Below are positions 27,271 through 41,721 of a stretch of DNA of 64,000 bases, piece after piece; the first letter of the stretch is position 1; each line of letters begins with the position of its first letter. Source of the DNA: Octopus vulgaris (lineage: Eukaryota); contig OX597816.1 in assembly GCA_951406725.2 (NCBI GenBank), forward strand, positions 35,960,001 to 36,024,000, given 5' to 3'. The translations under genes were made by a program, and so were the position numbers. A model generated the notes under the pieces. That model had not been told where the DNA came from and searched no databases. It was given only the letters and a program-made list of their open reading frames with translations.

Positions 27271-28106
27271 CAAACATCTATCAATACAAGTATCGATTTA
27301 AGATGGAAAAGAAACAATCAATTATAATTCATAACTTGACATTCAGTCGTCACTGGCATTATTCATTCTATATATGCATTATTCCTTCTATATCAAATTG
27401 AAACATGTTATTAAACTCGACATAATCAAGGAAATAATGTGCAATATATTTGTAGTTAATTTACAATTAGTATTAAGTTTTATCGAACCATCGAATTGAT
27501 GACTAATTCTTTTTTATATTGCAGGTTAATCAATCAAAATATTCTGCTAGTGCTAATTGGCTGACACGCTCTGCATTAAATATGCAATATACCCCTAACA
27601 AATAACATCAGTCTTAATTGTAAGCACAGCTCCCTCTTAGATCACTGCCGTATAAGCTATGAATTAATGACGAGGTCAGTGTAAAGACAACATGTCACTA
27701 ACAAAAGAAGTGAACTGTCTCTGAAATCAAAGCTAAGCAGCTCAAAAAACACGAATACATTCGAAAGATATAAGAGTAACAGATGTTATGGTTTCGAATA
27801 TAAGGATTGCTTGATCAATATTGACATGGGAAGTAAAATCGCAAAATCAACAGAAGCAGTTCAATAACAATAGTAACGGTAGCATTTGCCGTCTGAGTTT
27901 AATCTAATTAATCTTATATGCTGAATATGTATGTGTGTGTGTGTTTGCATACTTGTGTGTACATGTATATGTACATATATGTGTATGTATATATTTATAT
28001 ATATATATGTGTGTGTGTATATATATACATATATGTATACATGAATACATGTATACATGTATATGTATATATATATACATATATATATGCATATATATAT
28101 ATATAT

Positions 28107-28155
<49 letters not shown>

Positions 28156-28177
28156 CATATACATATATATATATACG

Positions 28178-28630
28178 TATTCACACCAACAACGCTGTGA
28201 AAGCTACATTATCTGTATGATGTGGAAAATATTCCATCAGCACTGTCCAAATGATGTTGGTATCACCTTCAAAATACATCCAAGACTTGGACACCGTGCC
28301 ATCCGCCCACAACAAAAATCTCAAACGCATCTCATAACAACATTGCGGCACAATTATTTCACCTCAATTGGACCCGCCCTCTTCAACATTACACCAAGAC
28401 ACGTCAAAACAGAAACCGACCACACAAAATTCCAGAAGATTTTGGACAAATTCCTTCAAACAGTCCCGGATAAACCACCCACACCCGGATATGTCTCCGC
28501 AAACAATAACTCTCTGCTCGAATGGGCCTTGGTGCCCAAATCCGGAATTGAAAGACTTCACCAGGTGGTGCTATTAAGTTAGACATGGCCTGGGCCAATA
28601 CTGGCCAAAACCTTTCTAAGTTATTCTAAG

Positions 28631-28632
<2 letters not shown>
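28178..28632 (+). mobile_element. 5'-truncated CR1/L2-group LINE, relative of 5145-6227, in (TA)n
   Basis: [35 protein letters not shown]...GPALFNI...PDKPP homologous to the first LINE; same 3' motif; (ttctaagtta)x2 tail. Confidence 0.92.
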
Positions 28633-28698
<66 letters not shown>

Positions 28699-29149
28699 TA
28701 TTGAATTTCTAAGTGTCTCAAAGAGACATGAGCGGAGGTGGAGCGATAGAGTGGTTGTATAATGTCAGCATAACGTGACAGTCCCGTAGATGGAATTACA
28801 CCACCGCTATATAGCCCTAGGAAACATCGACGCTTCCTGTCGGCTTTGACACATTTTCTGTGTCCATATATTTGCAAAGGGGAGGCAATCACACTTCATG
28901 TCCCTTGTTCAACACTTGTTCAAATCCTTATATCTTCACGTTGGATAGGTTATCCTTGTAGCTGCATATACTACTATCAAAAGTAAAATATCCTTTTCAA
29001 ATATAATGTACTTGTCGCACTTTTCAACTATATTTGTGGTAGAGGTTACTTCACTTCTAATCACATCGATCTCTTGGAGGTTCTACGAAACTTTCCGGGA
29101 GGTAAACTTACACGTCTTACTAGTTCAACGCCATCTTGGATATATATAT

Positions 29150-29720
29150 ATATTTCTAAACACTTCTAAGCTAGCCATAAATGCAAAATAATTTTTAATT
29201 GGAGTACATTGTAGGTCAACCATTCTTGTTGCAAAAACTTCGCCTCTTTAATTAACAAGCACGCCACGAAAACCACTAGATGCAAGCACAGTGCCGAAAT
29301 ATACCAGGAGAATTGCAATTGTGAAGATCAAAGTTGCTGTCCTTTAGGAACATATTGTCTTGAGAAAGGAATAGTCTATAGAGCGAAGATGCAAATAGAT
29401 GGCTCACAAGAATACAAAATATTTATAGGAAAATTCCTTCAATACTAAATTGTATTCACACCAAAATTCCTTTTGATGCCCCCTAAATCAGACAGCAAGT
29501 CTTACTAAACAAGCCTGTCAATTGAAAGAAAATGATACCCAGATGATGCCCATTCAAAATCAGGTGGGTACCTTCGGAGAAAGCAGCACCATATAAGCAT
29601 AGGGCATATCGACGCCTAATGATGTGCAATTTGTATTGGACTGAAACGCTCTCCATCCACTTCCAGGATAAATACGCACTAAGCCAAAGACTGGAGATTT
29701 TAGATTCCTGCAGGCTACCT
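29150..29720 (+). pseudogene. PLE GIY-YIG endonuclease region remnant
   Basis: HKCKIIFNWSTL*VNHSCCKNFASLINKH, NCNCEDQSCCPLGTYCLEKGIVYRAK...YKIFIG, CNLYWTE, LEILDSCR match the PLE CNC..CPL.G.CL..IVY..YIG / CNLC..EK layout. Confidence 0.8.
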
Positions 29721-30095
29721 ACGTGGTGTAAAATGTCAAGTGAAAAAACACCATACGGAAAATTTGAATTTGGCCTTTACACATAATACAGACATCATCT
29801 AATATTACAGTTCTGGTACATTTTTTGGCTATATATTTTACATTTTTATATTTTATCTTTTTTGACTTTCGAGAAAACTTTCGAGTGTTTACATAATTTA
29901 AATTTAAATTTCGTCGAGGTCAAATTTTTCCTCACTTTCATATTTAAATCTGAAGTTCATATTTCTCTAAATTCATATTTTTTAAATCTAAATTACACTT
30001 AAGTATATTAAATTAATTTATTGCGTCATTTTGTTATTTAATATTCAATACACCAGGCATTTTTTAAATATATTTTTATGCGTATTAACGTTATG

Positions 30096-30166
<71 letters not shown>

Positions 30167-30510
30167 CACAAATATGCGTAATTGTAAATTTGTATGACTG
30201 TATACATGTGTGTTATTATTATATAAATGTATATATTCATATGATTATGTATATCTATTTTTAATGTGTGCGTTTTTATATGTATACTTTTACAAGCGAA
30301 GAGAAGAGTTTTAATTTATAAAAGAAATAGTTAGGTACTTTTGAGGAACGTTAGTCTTTCAAATCATTTTCTCTCCCCTTCTCTCTCTCTATCCCTCTCT
30401 CTTTGTTTCCATTGCCTCTTTCTCCTTTTTTCTTTTGTTCTTTATCCCAAAACTTCTAACTTGCAAGAACTAAGTTGGGTATTTAGAATATACGCACGGA
30501 AACGTATAAA

Positions 30511-31242
<732 letters not shown>

Positions 31243-31703
31243 TGTATGTATGTATGTATGTATGTATGTATGTAGATAACCTATACATACATTAGTATAT
31301 GCATTCATATTTATAGTTTTTGCTTGTATAGGTTTGTATATATGGATGTATATTTGTTCTCTGTGTGTATTTATAAGTAAATGATTTATATATGTTTGTA
31401 CGTGTATATATTTCTGTAAGTGAATATTATATTGTAAACAGACTTGTGATTTTTTAATTAAATTTATTTCACCACTAATTAATTTACTCTGAGTATACAT
31501 AGATAATTTTGATTTAAGATCTTCAATTGAACATAATATGATTTTGAAATCGTAATTTTAATTTTATGTATATTATCGGTCCTTAAAAAGACCGTTAGTT
31601 GAAAGGACCAATGAAACGAAACCAGTTTCGAATGTGTATCTGTCAAGGTAGATTGCATATACATAAATAATAGATTAACTTTTCGTTGCATTCTGAAACA
31701 AAA

Positions 31704-31846
31704 CTGCCCGACGACGGCAACGTGAAACAGTGAATAACTGTTTGTTGTGGCGTTTTTGCAGCTTTAATATTAAAGCATATTACTCTCCCTCTGGTATTCG
31801 AGTAATAGTTTTTCTACCTTGTTTCATATTTATGTGCTTACTCTCG
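31704..31846 (+). mobile_element. PLE pseudo-LTR fragment, same family as 7741-7880
   Basis: ctgcCCGACGAcggcaacgtGAAAC...taaagcatattactctccctctggtattcgagta...cttgtttcatatttatgtg then (TA)n. Confidence 0.7.
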
Positions 31847-31877
<31 letters not shown>

Positions 31878-31913
31878 ATGTGTGTATGTGTGTGTGTATG
31901 TATATATATATGT

Positions 31914-31999
<86 letters not shown>

Positions 32000-32049
32000 A
32001 TGTATGTAAGTATGTATATTTGTGTGTGTGTATGTATGTATACATATGT

Positions 32050-32114
<65 letters not shown>

Positions 32115-32149
32115 TTTGAATCATATTTTCAGTATCTAAATATATTGTT

Positions 32150-32730
32150 TTCTTTTCTACTCTAGGCACAATAACCTACATTTTGGTGGGAGAGGGCCAG
32201 TCGAGTAGATCAACCCCAGTATGCAACTTGTACTTAATTTATCGACCCCGAAAGGATGAAAATTAAAGTTAACCTTGGCGAATTTTGAACTCAGAACGTA
32301 AAAATAGACGCAATACCTATTTCTTTACTACCCACAAGGGGCTAAACACAGAGGAGACAAACAAGGACAAACAGACGGATTATGTTAATTATATCGACCC
32401 CAGTGCGTAACTGGTACTTAATTTATCGACTCCGAAATTATGAAAGGCAAAGTCGACCTCGACGGAATTTGAACTCAGAACGTAACGGCAGACGAAATAC
32501 CTATTTCTTTACTACCCACAAGGGGCTAAACAAAGAGAGGACAAACAAGGACAGACAGAAGGATTAAGTCAATTATATCGACCCCAGTGCGTAACTGGTA
32601 CTTATTTAATTGACCCCGAAAGGACGAAAGGCAATGTTGACCTCGGCGGAATTTGAACTCAGAACGTAGCCACATACGAAATACTGTTAAGCATTTCACC
32701 CGGCGTGTTCATGTTTCTGCCAGCTCGCCG
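32150..32730 (-). mobile_element. SINE family C, three tandem internal units
   Basis: Three repeats of gaccccagtgcgtaactggtactta..ttatcgaccccgaaagga.gaaaggc...cggaatttgaactcagaacgta; head GGCGAGCTGGCAGAAAC. Confidence 0.9.
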
Positions 32731-32957
32731 TATTCTGTGTCTAAATATATTGATACAAGTGAGACGATCGTTGGTTTTGTATAGCGAATTCTACAATTAA
32801 TAATATTTTCTATATCTGTATTTTTTTTAATATTCAGGTATATATGTACGTATATGTACATATGCATTTGTATGTGTGTGTGTGTGAATGTATATGTATA
32901 CACGTCTTGAAGTGTCCGAGGCGTATATATATAAGTATGTGTATGTGCTGATAATAT

Positions 32958-33060
32958 TACTGTAGTAGTAGTAGTAGTATTAGTAGTAGAAGTAGTAGTA
33001 GTAGTAGCAGCAACAGCAGCAGCAGCAACAGCATCATCAGCAGCAGCAGTAATAGTAGCA

Positions 33061-33129
<69 letters not shown>

Positions 33130-33140
33130 TCTGCTGCAGC
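32958..33140. repeat. (TAG)n/(CAG)n microsatellite
   Basis: Direct inspection. Confidence 0.95.
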
Positions 33141-33316
33141 AGTGGTTTCTTGATGGATTTATTCTTAAAATGTTTGACATTATATAAGAAATGAATATTG
33201 CGTTGATATGAAATATGTGAATATAAATTAATAATTGTAACGTTCACACCCACCTACATGCATACACATACACACATATTTACATATATGCTCTCATAAA
33301 CATATACATACACATA

Positions 33317-33347
<31 letters not shown>

Positions 33348-33852
33348 GTCCGTATCTGTGAAACCAATACATAGACATCCATCTATTACTTGACATCTTA
33401 AGTAGAAGAGCCTTTTGAAACTCAATATTCAATATGTTATCATTTTGTAGATCTCAACGTAGATGGGTTACAACGCAAACAGAAAGGTCATGACATTTCG
33501 AAATGATAAAGGCTTTCCAAAAATATACAAATTCTTGCGATTGTTTCCATTTTAATCATGACATGCATAGCATATATACCTCATATAATTAGTAACGCTA
33601 CATATTTTTATCATTGGAAGATATGGCTGTATCTTTGGTGTGTTGTTGAATAAGGAATGCCTGAAGATATATAATCTCTATAGTTAAGAAAATTAGTTTT
33701 AGAACGGTGATATGGTTTCAAATTTACATTTCAAATTTAGATATTTAAAATTCATACTTTCCTATTAAATGTAATGTACCTTGCATTTCGTTATGTGAAA
33801 TTAAAATGTAAAAAAATTTAATGCATATATATTATGGGATAAATATATCATA

Positions 33853-33888
<36 letters not shown>

Positions 33889-33902
33889 TGTATTTATATA
33901 TA

Positions 33903-34112
33903 GGCGTAAGAGTGGCTGTATGGTAAGTAGCTTGCTTACCAACCACATGGTTCCGGTTTCAGTCCCACTGCGTAGCACCTTGGGCAAGTGTCTTCTACTA
34001 TAGCCTCAGGCCGACCAAAGACTAAGTTCTGGGATCGATTTGCTCGACTAAAGGCGGTGCCCCAGCATGGCAGCAGTCAAATGACTGAAACAATTAAAAA
34101 ACAAAAGGACAA
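33903..34112 (+). mobile_element. SINE family A, internally deleted
   Basis: Intact head ggcgtaagagtggctgtatggtaagtagcttgcttaccaaccacatggttccgg joined at ccgaccaaag directly to the 3' tail. Confidence 0.88.
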
Positions 34113-37100
34113 AGAATATACATATAGATAGATAGATAGATAGATGGAGAGAGAGAGAGAGAGATACGTAGACAGAGACTGAAAGAGAGAAAGATATATA
34201 GATAACCTTATATCTAACTTCGGGATGTTGTATCATAATACCGAATACAGCGGTAGTAGCCATGATATATCCTTTGATAGATGTACTTGATGGATAAAAT
34301 CATTAACATAGATTCTAGTAAACGAGAATTGTCTGTCAAACCCCCAGGGACCTCCCATTTCTCGTGATTTCATTCTGCTTAGATTAATCAGTGGGAGGTG
34401 TACGGTCACGCATGCCTGTCTCATCCCTCCGCTCCGATATATAGAATATCAGCACCTTTTCAAACGATGATATAGCAGAGAGCACTTAGGCTGTGAGAAA
34501 ATTCGAGTAAACTCTAATTATCCTATTCAGAACCATTAATTTTGTTATGTTATGAATGAGAGCATAATCATTTTATTAGTGTAAGGGAGGGAGAAATCTG
34601 TTCTTGACTAGGGCACATGGCTTGAATACTTACAACGGTGAAGTCCACGAAAGTCAGCCATGATGTCAATTAGTGATGTGAAACTGGATGATGGTGAAGG
34701 TAACCACCTGTAGAGTTCAGTGCAACTACGTTTCAGAACGCACAAAACCGAAAAAAATACCGCTGAACATTCAATGTGATGATGTTTTGTTTCCAGCAAT
34801 TCACAGCTGTGAGTTAGCGTTTATTCATACACCTAAACATGAATTATAAAAATGATCACAACGGAATTTGAACGCCAAATGACCGAACAGATAACGTGGT
34901 ACATTCTTACCGACGCTTTGACGACTCTATTTAATACAATAATGTATGTATTCAGTGTGGTCGTATGGTTAGGAATTGTTTCGCAGCCTGCAGGCCACAG
35001 TTTTGATTCCCCTCCCTGACATATTGATAGTATCTTTTATCATGATATCGGAGGCCATCCAAGCACTGTAGTGACACTGGATGGCAAGAAACTATGCAGA
35101 AGCGTGCAGGATGTATCGTACCTGCTACTGAAATGTACAGTCTTTTTCCATTGTGTCATGCCGATTCTACCAAACAATTATATTGAGGGCGCACGCTCTT
35201 TGTAATGGACAAGCATTTATATACTAATTCTAAAACGCATGTGTTTGAGTATATAAAACAACTGCTATATCGTCGTTAATATCGAGGAAAAAATATTTTC
35301 TAAATTATTACAATGGAAAAACTTATAAGATCTATACAGTCCATTTTGTCTGATATACACATCTGTGTGTTTTCAAAAAATATAACATTCAATATACTAT
35401 AAACATACTACTATAAGCAGAGCGCCTGAACTTTTGGGGAGAGGTGTAATGGATTACATCGACTACGAACACGTGCTTATAGTTTTGCTGCCGAAATATA
35501 GAAAAGCATTGTCGACTTCGGCGTAATTTGTACTGAGAAAATGCTGTCTGACTAAATGCCGTTTAACATTTAGTGCAAGCGTCCTGAAGATACTGCCTTC
35601 TCAATATAATAAACTACCAATATAATAAATTAAATCACATGTATTATGTTCAAGATATGGTCTATTGAAAGTGAAACTATGTGGTGAGATTATAATTTGC
35701 TGTGGACATTTTACTGATTGCTAATGGCTCTATCTTGATACGTCTTTATTTCTACCTTAGTGAAAAAAGCTACAACTTCATAAATTTTAACTGGCTTAAA
35801 AATATCAGGAATATGTGTAGATATTTGAAATCGTAAAAGCAAAATACATACAATCTAAATTAAATATATCGTGATCTCCAAGAGAAAGTACTAAAATTGT
35901 GGAACGAGAGAAAACTACACTACAGTAGTTTCTTTTACTTATTCTTATGTAAATAGTTCAGTTAGCGTTGGCTTCAGTTCTTTAATTTCCTGTCGTTCAG
36001 TTCAGTAATTCTCCTATTTACAACGGTACAACCATAATTTTTTGCACTCTTTTCATATAAGATTGATTTTATTACAACACAATTTTAGAAGGCGTTTCAA
36101 ATTATATACATTGCTGCAGTGTTTAGTTCATTTCACAGAGCAACGAGATATAGTAGAATTTATAACGCTATTGAATTTATTTCATATTCTACGGTGCTAT
36201 ATATTTTTCTCTCGGGGCAGCTATAATATAAATGCAATATATAGCATTATATACGAAACTAATAAAATACGATTTTAACATGGGCGTCATGTTTCATTGT
36301 TATATATTGCAAATTTCGTATATAGATGTATATAAATGACTCATACATACAATTGTATATGTTTGTGTATATTTCTTTATGATAATGCATGTGTATATAT
36401 AAAGTGTATAGACACACATATATATATATATTCTGTACATAATAATAATACTTTATGAGTTTAAAGCTTATAAAGCTGTGGCCGTGTAATTAACTAACTA
36501 AAGTAGTCTAATATCGGCGCATATAAGTCCGCGCCGGATATAAATGTGCTTTCCGTGTTTGTGTACGTCTGTGTGTGTGTTTGTGCGTGTGTTTACATGC
36601 ATGTATATTTATATATACATATATATTGTGTTTGCATATACATATATGATATGCTTGTGTGTGTGTGTATCTGTGTGTATTCGCTTGAATATGACAACGC
36701 TGCCAACTCCGCAAGATGTAAGACATCTTCAAGTGGAATCAAACACCAGTTTTTATCAGGAGATCCACCAGTGAAGCATATTCTGGTGGGCAATTTCTTA
36801 TGCCCCAAGCTAGTGTTCCGTGTTCTGGGGGAGAACCACTCACCCTGAAATGTGAATGCATTTCTATTAACATAAATGTACCGCAGGCTGTAGCGTATAT
36901 TCGCTTGTCCGTGAGGTAACTATCTTCTATTACAACTACTCTTTAATAAGTGATGTTGCTTGCTTTAAAAATTGAGTCGTGATACTGATGCTTATGTCTC
37001 AATGTGTATATGACTTGATAGTTATGTTGCTCCTTATTTTGCAGATAGACACACAAGCTGAGATTAAAGGTAGAATATTAAAAAAAACACATTAGCGCCT

Positions 37101-37836
37101 CATAGAGAATTCTTTAACTTCTAACTGTTGTTAAATTTCTTAGTTTGTTTCGTTGATACTGCTTCTGACGTTTGATTTTCAACTGATATTTTATTATTAA
37201 TAAACCTTTTGTCGCAACTTCCGCTTAAATACAAGCTCTTACTCCCCTCTCTCTCCCTGTGTATCTTTGTGTTTGTGTGTCTTCTGCGTGTGTGTGTTTA
37301 TGTATATGTGTGTATGTGTGTTTCTTCGTGTGTGTAAATTTAACGTCAGCAAAAAGAGTAATCTATCCAATGCGAGTTAAATACCATTCCACTTAAATAG
37401 CTGTATTATCAAGTCTTATCAACTCTAGTTTAATAACCGGTATCAAATATGAAACCTTTCCTTAAACTAAAGTTTATTTGTTTATGCAGTATAAAAGATA
37501 AGGTATCTGGGTTTTTTTTTATTTTTGTGGATGCTACATATATTGTGTATGCGTGAATGCTAGTTTCTTTGCTTTGATACCTATATTTAATCGAGTATCA
37601 ATTAATGTTTGGTTTACTCAGAGAATTTGCTAATTGAAACAATTTTTTTTGAACGAGAATATAAATGTTCATGTTAGAGATAATTTGACTGCAGCTATTT
37701 TGTATATAAATAGACACTTAGTACTTCCAGTCATTTATTATTATTCTTCCACCTGTATTTCTGCAACTGTGGTATAATTTGTGTTGCGTCTCATTCCTAA
37801 ACTAATTTCTCCGATTGGAGCAGTGCTGTGGTATGG

Positions 37837-38012
37837 ATCGATGCTGCATTGTAAAATTAAATAGCTAATTAATTTAAAGATCGTTTTAATTTATCAATTT
37901 GTGATTTATTCTAATAAATATGTCTTCCATAAACATGGTAGATAAATTGTGTTCATATTCAGCAATAGAGCCTCCTTCAAATCCGTGAAATACAGCATAC
38001 ATACATAAAAAC

Positions 38013-38062
<50 letters not shown>

Positions 38063-38413
38063 GTTTTTATGTATGTATGTGTGCATATATACGCCCATCA
38101 TGTAATTCAGCGACCAGCAGACACATTCCCCTTGCAGCATTATTTTGCCCTGCATATCTGAGATCTCCATCCATTGTTAACTCTATCGTCTGGAGGATGA
38201 AGTTGGATTCCGACTCTATCACGATAAGCCCATTTGATTTTCGTGTTCATGTTGCTGTATTTCACGGATTTGAAGGAGGCCCTATTGCTGAACATGAACA
38301 CAATGTATCTACCATGTTTATGGAAGACATATTTGTTAGAATAAATCGCAAATTGATAAATTAAAACGACCTATAAATTAATGAACTATTTAAGTTTATA
38401 ATGCAGCATCGAT
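37837..38413. repeat. Inverted repeat, ~161-bp arms (37837-37997 / 38253-38413)
   Basis: Arms are reverse complements with scattered mismatches; spacer holds (TA)n plus unique sequence. Confidence 0.9.
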
Positions 38414-38417
38414 TCTA

Positions 38418-39046
38418 AAATAGTGTACATTTAAACACAAAAGAAAATTACTCTTGAACATGTATTTTTACATGCTAGAAAATGCAGCCAACACGGCCAA
38501 AACCACAATTTAATAGCAATTTTCGAAGGAAATAAAAAAAATATAAACTTTTACCTTGTTATTTTTATTTGCGGTTTCGAATTTCTGTTGCAAATAAGAT
38601 TATCTGCCACCATTTATAGGTAATTTAGCAACACAATATTATCGCCAGGCGAATTCTCGTCAGTAACCGGTCTCAATAACTAACTTATAATTCAGAGACA
38701 AGATAACACGTGTCCCATCATTATATGTTATAATTTTTCAAAATTCCGCGAGCAGGCGTAGTTGCAGTCGGCAATAAATATAATGACAAGCTGAAACTTC
38801 GAGAATGCTAAGAACATATTCATAAGATACATATATAGGGTAACGAATATTCGTTATAAATATCACCACCAGTGGCCTGACATGTATAAATAGTCAATAG
38901 ACAACAAATTCGTATTTTGAAATAGCATACATTTAGACACAAAAGAAAATTACTCTTTAACAGGCAATTTTTTTTCTTTTCCTTCGAAACTTGCTATAAA
39001 ATTGTTGTTTTGGCCGTGCTGGCTGCTTTTTCTAGCATGTAAAAAT
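38418..39046. repeat. Element with interleaved direct (38418-38460 / 38920-38962) and inverted (38464-38532 / 38978-39046) repeats
   Basis: cacaaaagaaaattactctt direct pair; atttttacatgctagaaaa.gcagcca.cacggccaaaac inverted pair. Confidence 0.75.
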
Positions 39047-39048
39047 TT

Positions 39049-39315
39049 AAAAGTTTTCCAGTCTCTTATTCGTGACCTCCTTTATGCAGATGACTGTGAC
39101 TTAGTCAATTATACATAGGATGATATGCAAATACTTATAAATCATATTTCTGCTTCTTGCAAGGTTTTAACCAGGATAAGAATGTCGTAATATTTCCGCC
39201 TGCATGAGGAAATCCATATGTGGAACAATACTGGTCGAAGGAACAATACTGGACAGCACACTCAGCCGTTTTTGCTCCCTGGATAACGAAATATCTTTCA
39301 GGCTGCAGCGAGCAA
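39049..39315 (+). pseudogene. RTE-clade LINE reverse transcriptase fragment
   Basis: SLIRDLLYADDCDLV..*DDMQILINHISASCK and DSTLSRFCSLDNEISFRLQRA match RTE/BovB-type RT motifs. Confidence 0.8.
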
Positions 39316-40414
39316 TTTATTACTGCCGGTCTCTTCCGTCTCGTACCAAAATGAACAATGGATTTGATAAAATAAGGGAAAATTATAAAACAAAAACAGG
39401 TAAACGAATGGGAAATAAGGCGAACCTTGTCAAAACTAATATAAATCGCAAGATATAGAACATAACAAGAATAGGTAAGACCCCTTCAAGATAATGGAAT
39501 AGGATATCATCCCACCTGAAAATAAACAATATTATATGTAAATCATAAAATAGACCAGAGGGGTTGTAAAATTACAAGAGAACCATAAGTGAAATATAAA
39601 CAATTACTGCTAATGGTAGTCATATATCCTTTGATATCCTATTCCTATTACATCGCGATATTAATGAACACTCCCAAGTCTTGTTGCTTTGAATACCCAC
39701 ATGTTGCGCAGCTGTACGTTTCAAAATTCAGTTTATGCTGAGAATGAGCAAGTGGATAAGTTACTATTGGTGCAAATTTTTGCAACAAACTCACTTTAAT
39801 AAAACATAAAAATACAAGATGTTTTATGAAAAATCTCAGTGAAAATAAAACGAAAATTCTTGATAGATTATATTATATTTGAGTTTTTTTTATGTAAATA
39901 TATCTTAGCATAAACAAAATACTGCCGCATTCAGAAAAAATATATATGTAATAATAAATCGTGGAAAGAAAAAGGGATAAAAAATACTGAAGTTATATTC
40001 ACACAAATACAAGCTTCACTTTGCTAAATGCTGACGAATTTATTTTGAGAATATCAATCTAATACTTAGCGTTGTCTGTGAAAAAGCGAGAATCTCAACG
40101 TTTTCATTTTTGCAACATATAAAAAATTGCAATGCTGAAAGATATTATTGATTCTGGAGCATTAATATTCTTATATTCTGATTGACAGTTTTGTACACGC
40201 ACGCAGACGCACACACACACACACACACACACAGACACACACACACACACAAACAAACAAACAAACAAACAGAAAAGCAAACACATACACTTACACACAC
40301 ATGTGAATATATTTAGGAAACGCATACCTATCTAACTATCTAACTATCTATCTATCTATCTATCTATATATCTATCGATCTAATTCTATCTCCTCTCTCT
40401 CTATATATATATAT

Positions 40415-40748
40415 AACCGTAGCATCACGGTTTCCATTCTCTGACCAAGCGTTGTGAATGTTTATTGAGCGAAAACACCTAAACTCTACGATGCTCTGGT
40501 AGGGGATGGTAGCGAACCTTGTATTCTTTCACCATAACTTTCTCTCACTCTTTCTTCCTGTTTCTGTTGTACCTGTATTTCAAAGAGCTAGCCTTGACAC
40601 ACTCTGTGTCACGCCGAATCTCCCCGAGCACTACGTTAAGGATACCCGTCACTGTGGAGTGCTCAACCACTTGCCCGATAATTTCGTGAGCCGGCTGTTC
40701 CGTTGATCGGATCAACTGGAACCTTTGTTGTCGTAACTGATGGTGCCT
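40415..40748 (+). mobile_element. SINE family B, 5'-decayed copy
   Basis: gtttattgagcgaaaacacctaaa core and ggctgttccgttgatcggatcaactggaacc tail as in 21098-21475. Confidence 0.88.
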
Positions 40749-41528
40749 CCATGTTCTAATTGAGCATGTATTAAGAGTACTCACGGGATTCTCTCCCCCT
40801 TGAGCTACCACCAGTATCCACTTATCCACTCATCTCTGCTACGTGCTGTCTCTCCAACATATATCGTTGTCCCTGTTCCTGCATTAATTGTCTGTACACT
40901 TTTAGATTACATTAGTTGTTTTTTTACTTTATCTCCGGGTTTGATCTACACCTATACAGTTCCGATCTGTGGAGGGAGTTCTTTCAAATTGATATCATCT
41001 ACACATCAGATATTGTATGGGGTCCCCGGTCTTTCTACATTACTACATCAACTCCTTAGATTTATTTCATCTAAAGTTTTCCTAAAAACATAACCTAGTT
41101 CGAATCCATGGTTAGCATCGAAGAACATGATATTCTGGCATTTTTGGTTGACATGCCAAGTTTAGGCTTTACATATATTCTTGCTCGTTCTTTCTATGCT
41201 GTTCCAAGATTTACTCCTTTATAGCGAGCAGATTCCATTAGTGTCATTCTCTAAGATAGATGCAAGGAGAGGTATCCGAGATGCAGACGCTGAATAGATA
41301 ACAAAATGTTTGACGAAAACATTTTGACTGGCAAATAAACTAAAATTAATAATAACAAAAGCAAATTTGAGGATCAAATAGATTGGCAAATGATGATCAT
41401 CTCCAAGTATAACAATATATATATATATATATATATATATGTATACGAAAATTAATATACGCAGCCATGCACAATGTGTTACCATAAAGGAAAAAATTAA
41501 CTGTCACTAAATTCGACTAAGTGTATCG

Positions 41529-41721
41529 AGACATCTACATTGCTAGAAATAAGAGCTAAAATGCTCTAAGGTTGTAGTGAAAGCACATAATTGTATACAA
41601 ATATGCTAACAGTGGCTATTATTTCCAAACAACACCGACTCCAGAATTCCCCATACATGAACGTTTACTTTCCGCTATTTCCGTAGCATTTTTGCTCATA
41701 TTTCTAGTAATGTATATGTCT
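41529..41721. mobile_element. MITE-like element with ~37-bp imperfect terminal inverted repeats
   Basis: agacatctacattgctagaaataagagctaaaatgct / agcatttttgctcatatttctagtaatgtatatgtct. Confidence 0.55.

Noticed and set aside
40790-41200. Possible gag zinc knuckle / VDTG protease remnant on the minus strand
   Set aside because: Only a 4-residue motif and a broken Cys/His pattern; insufficient
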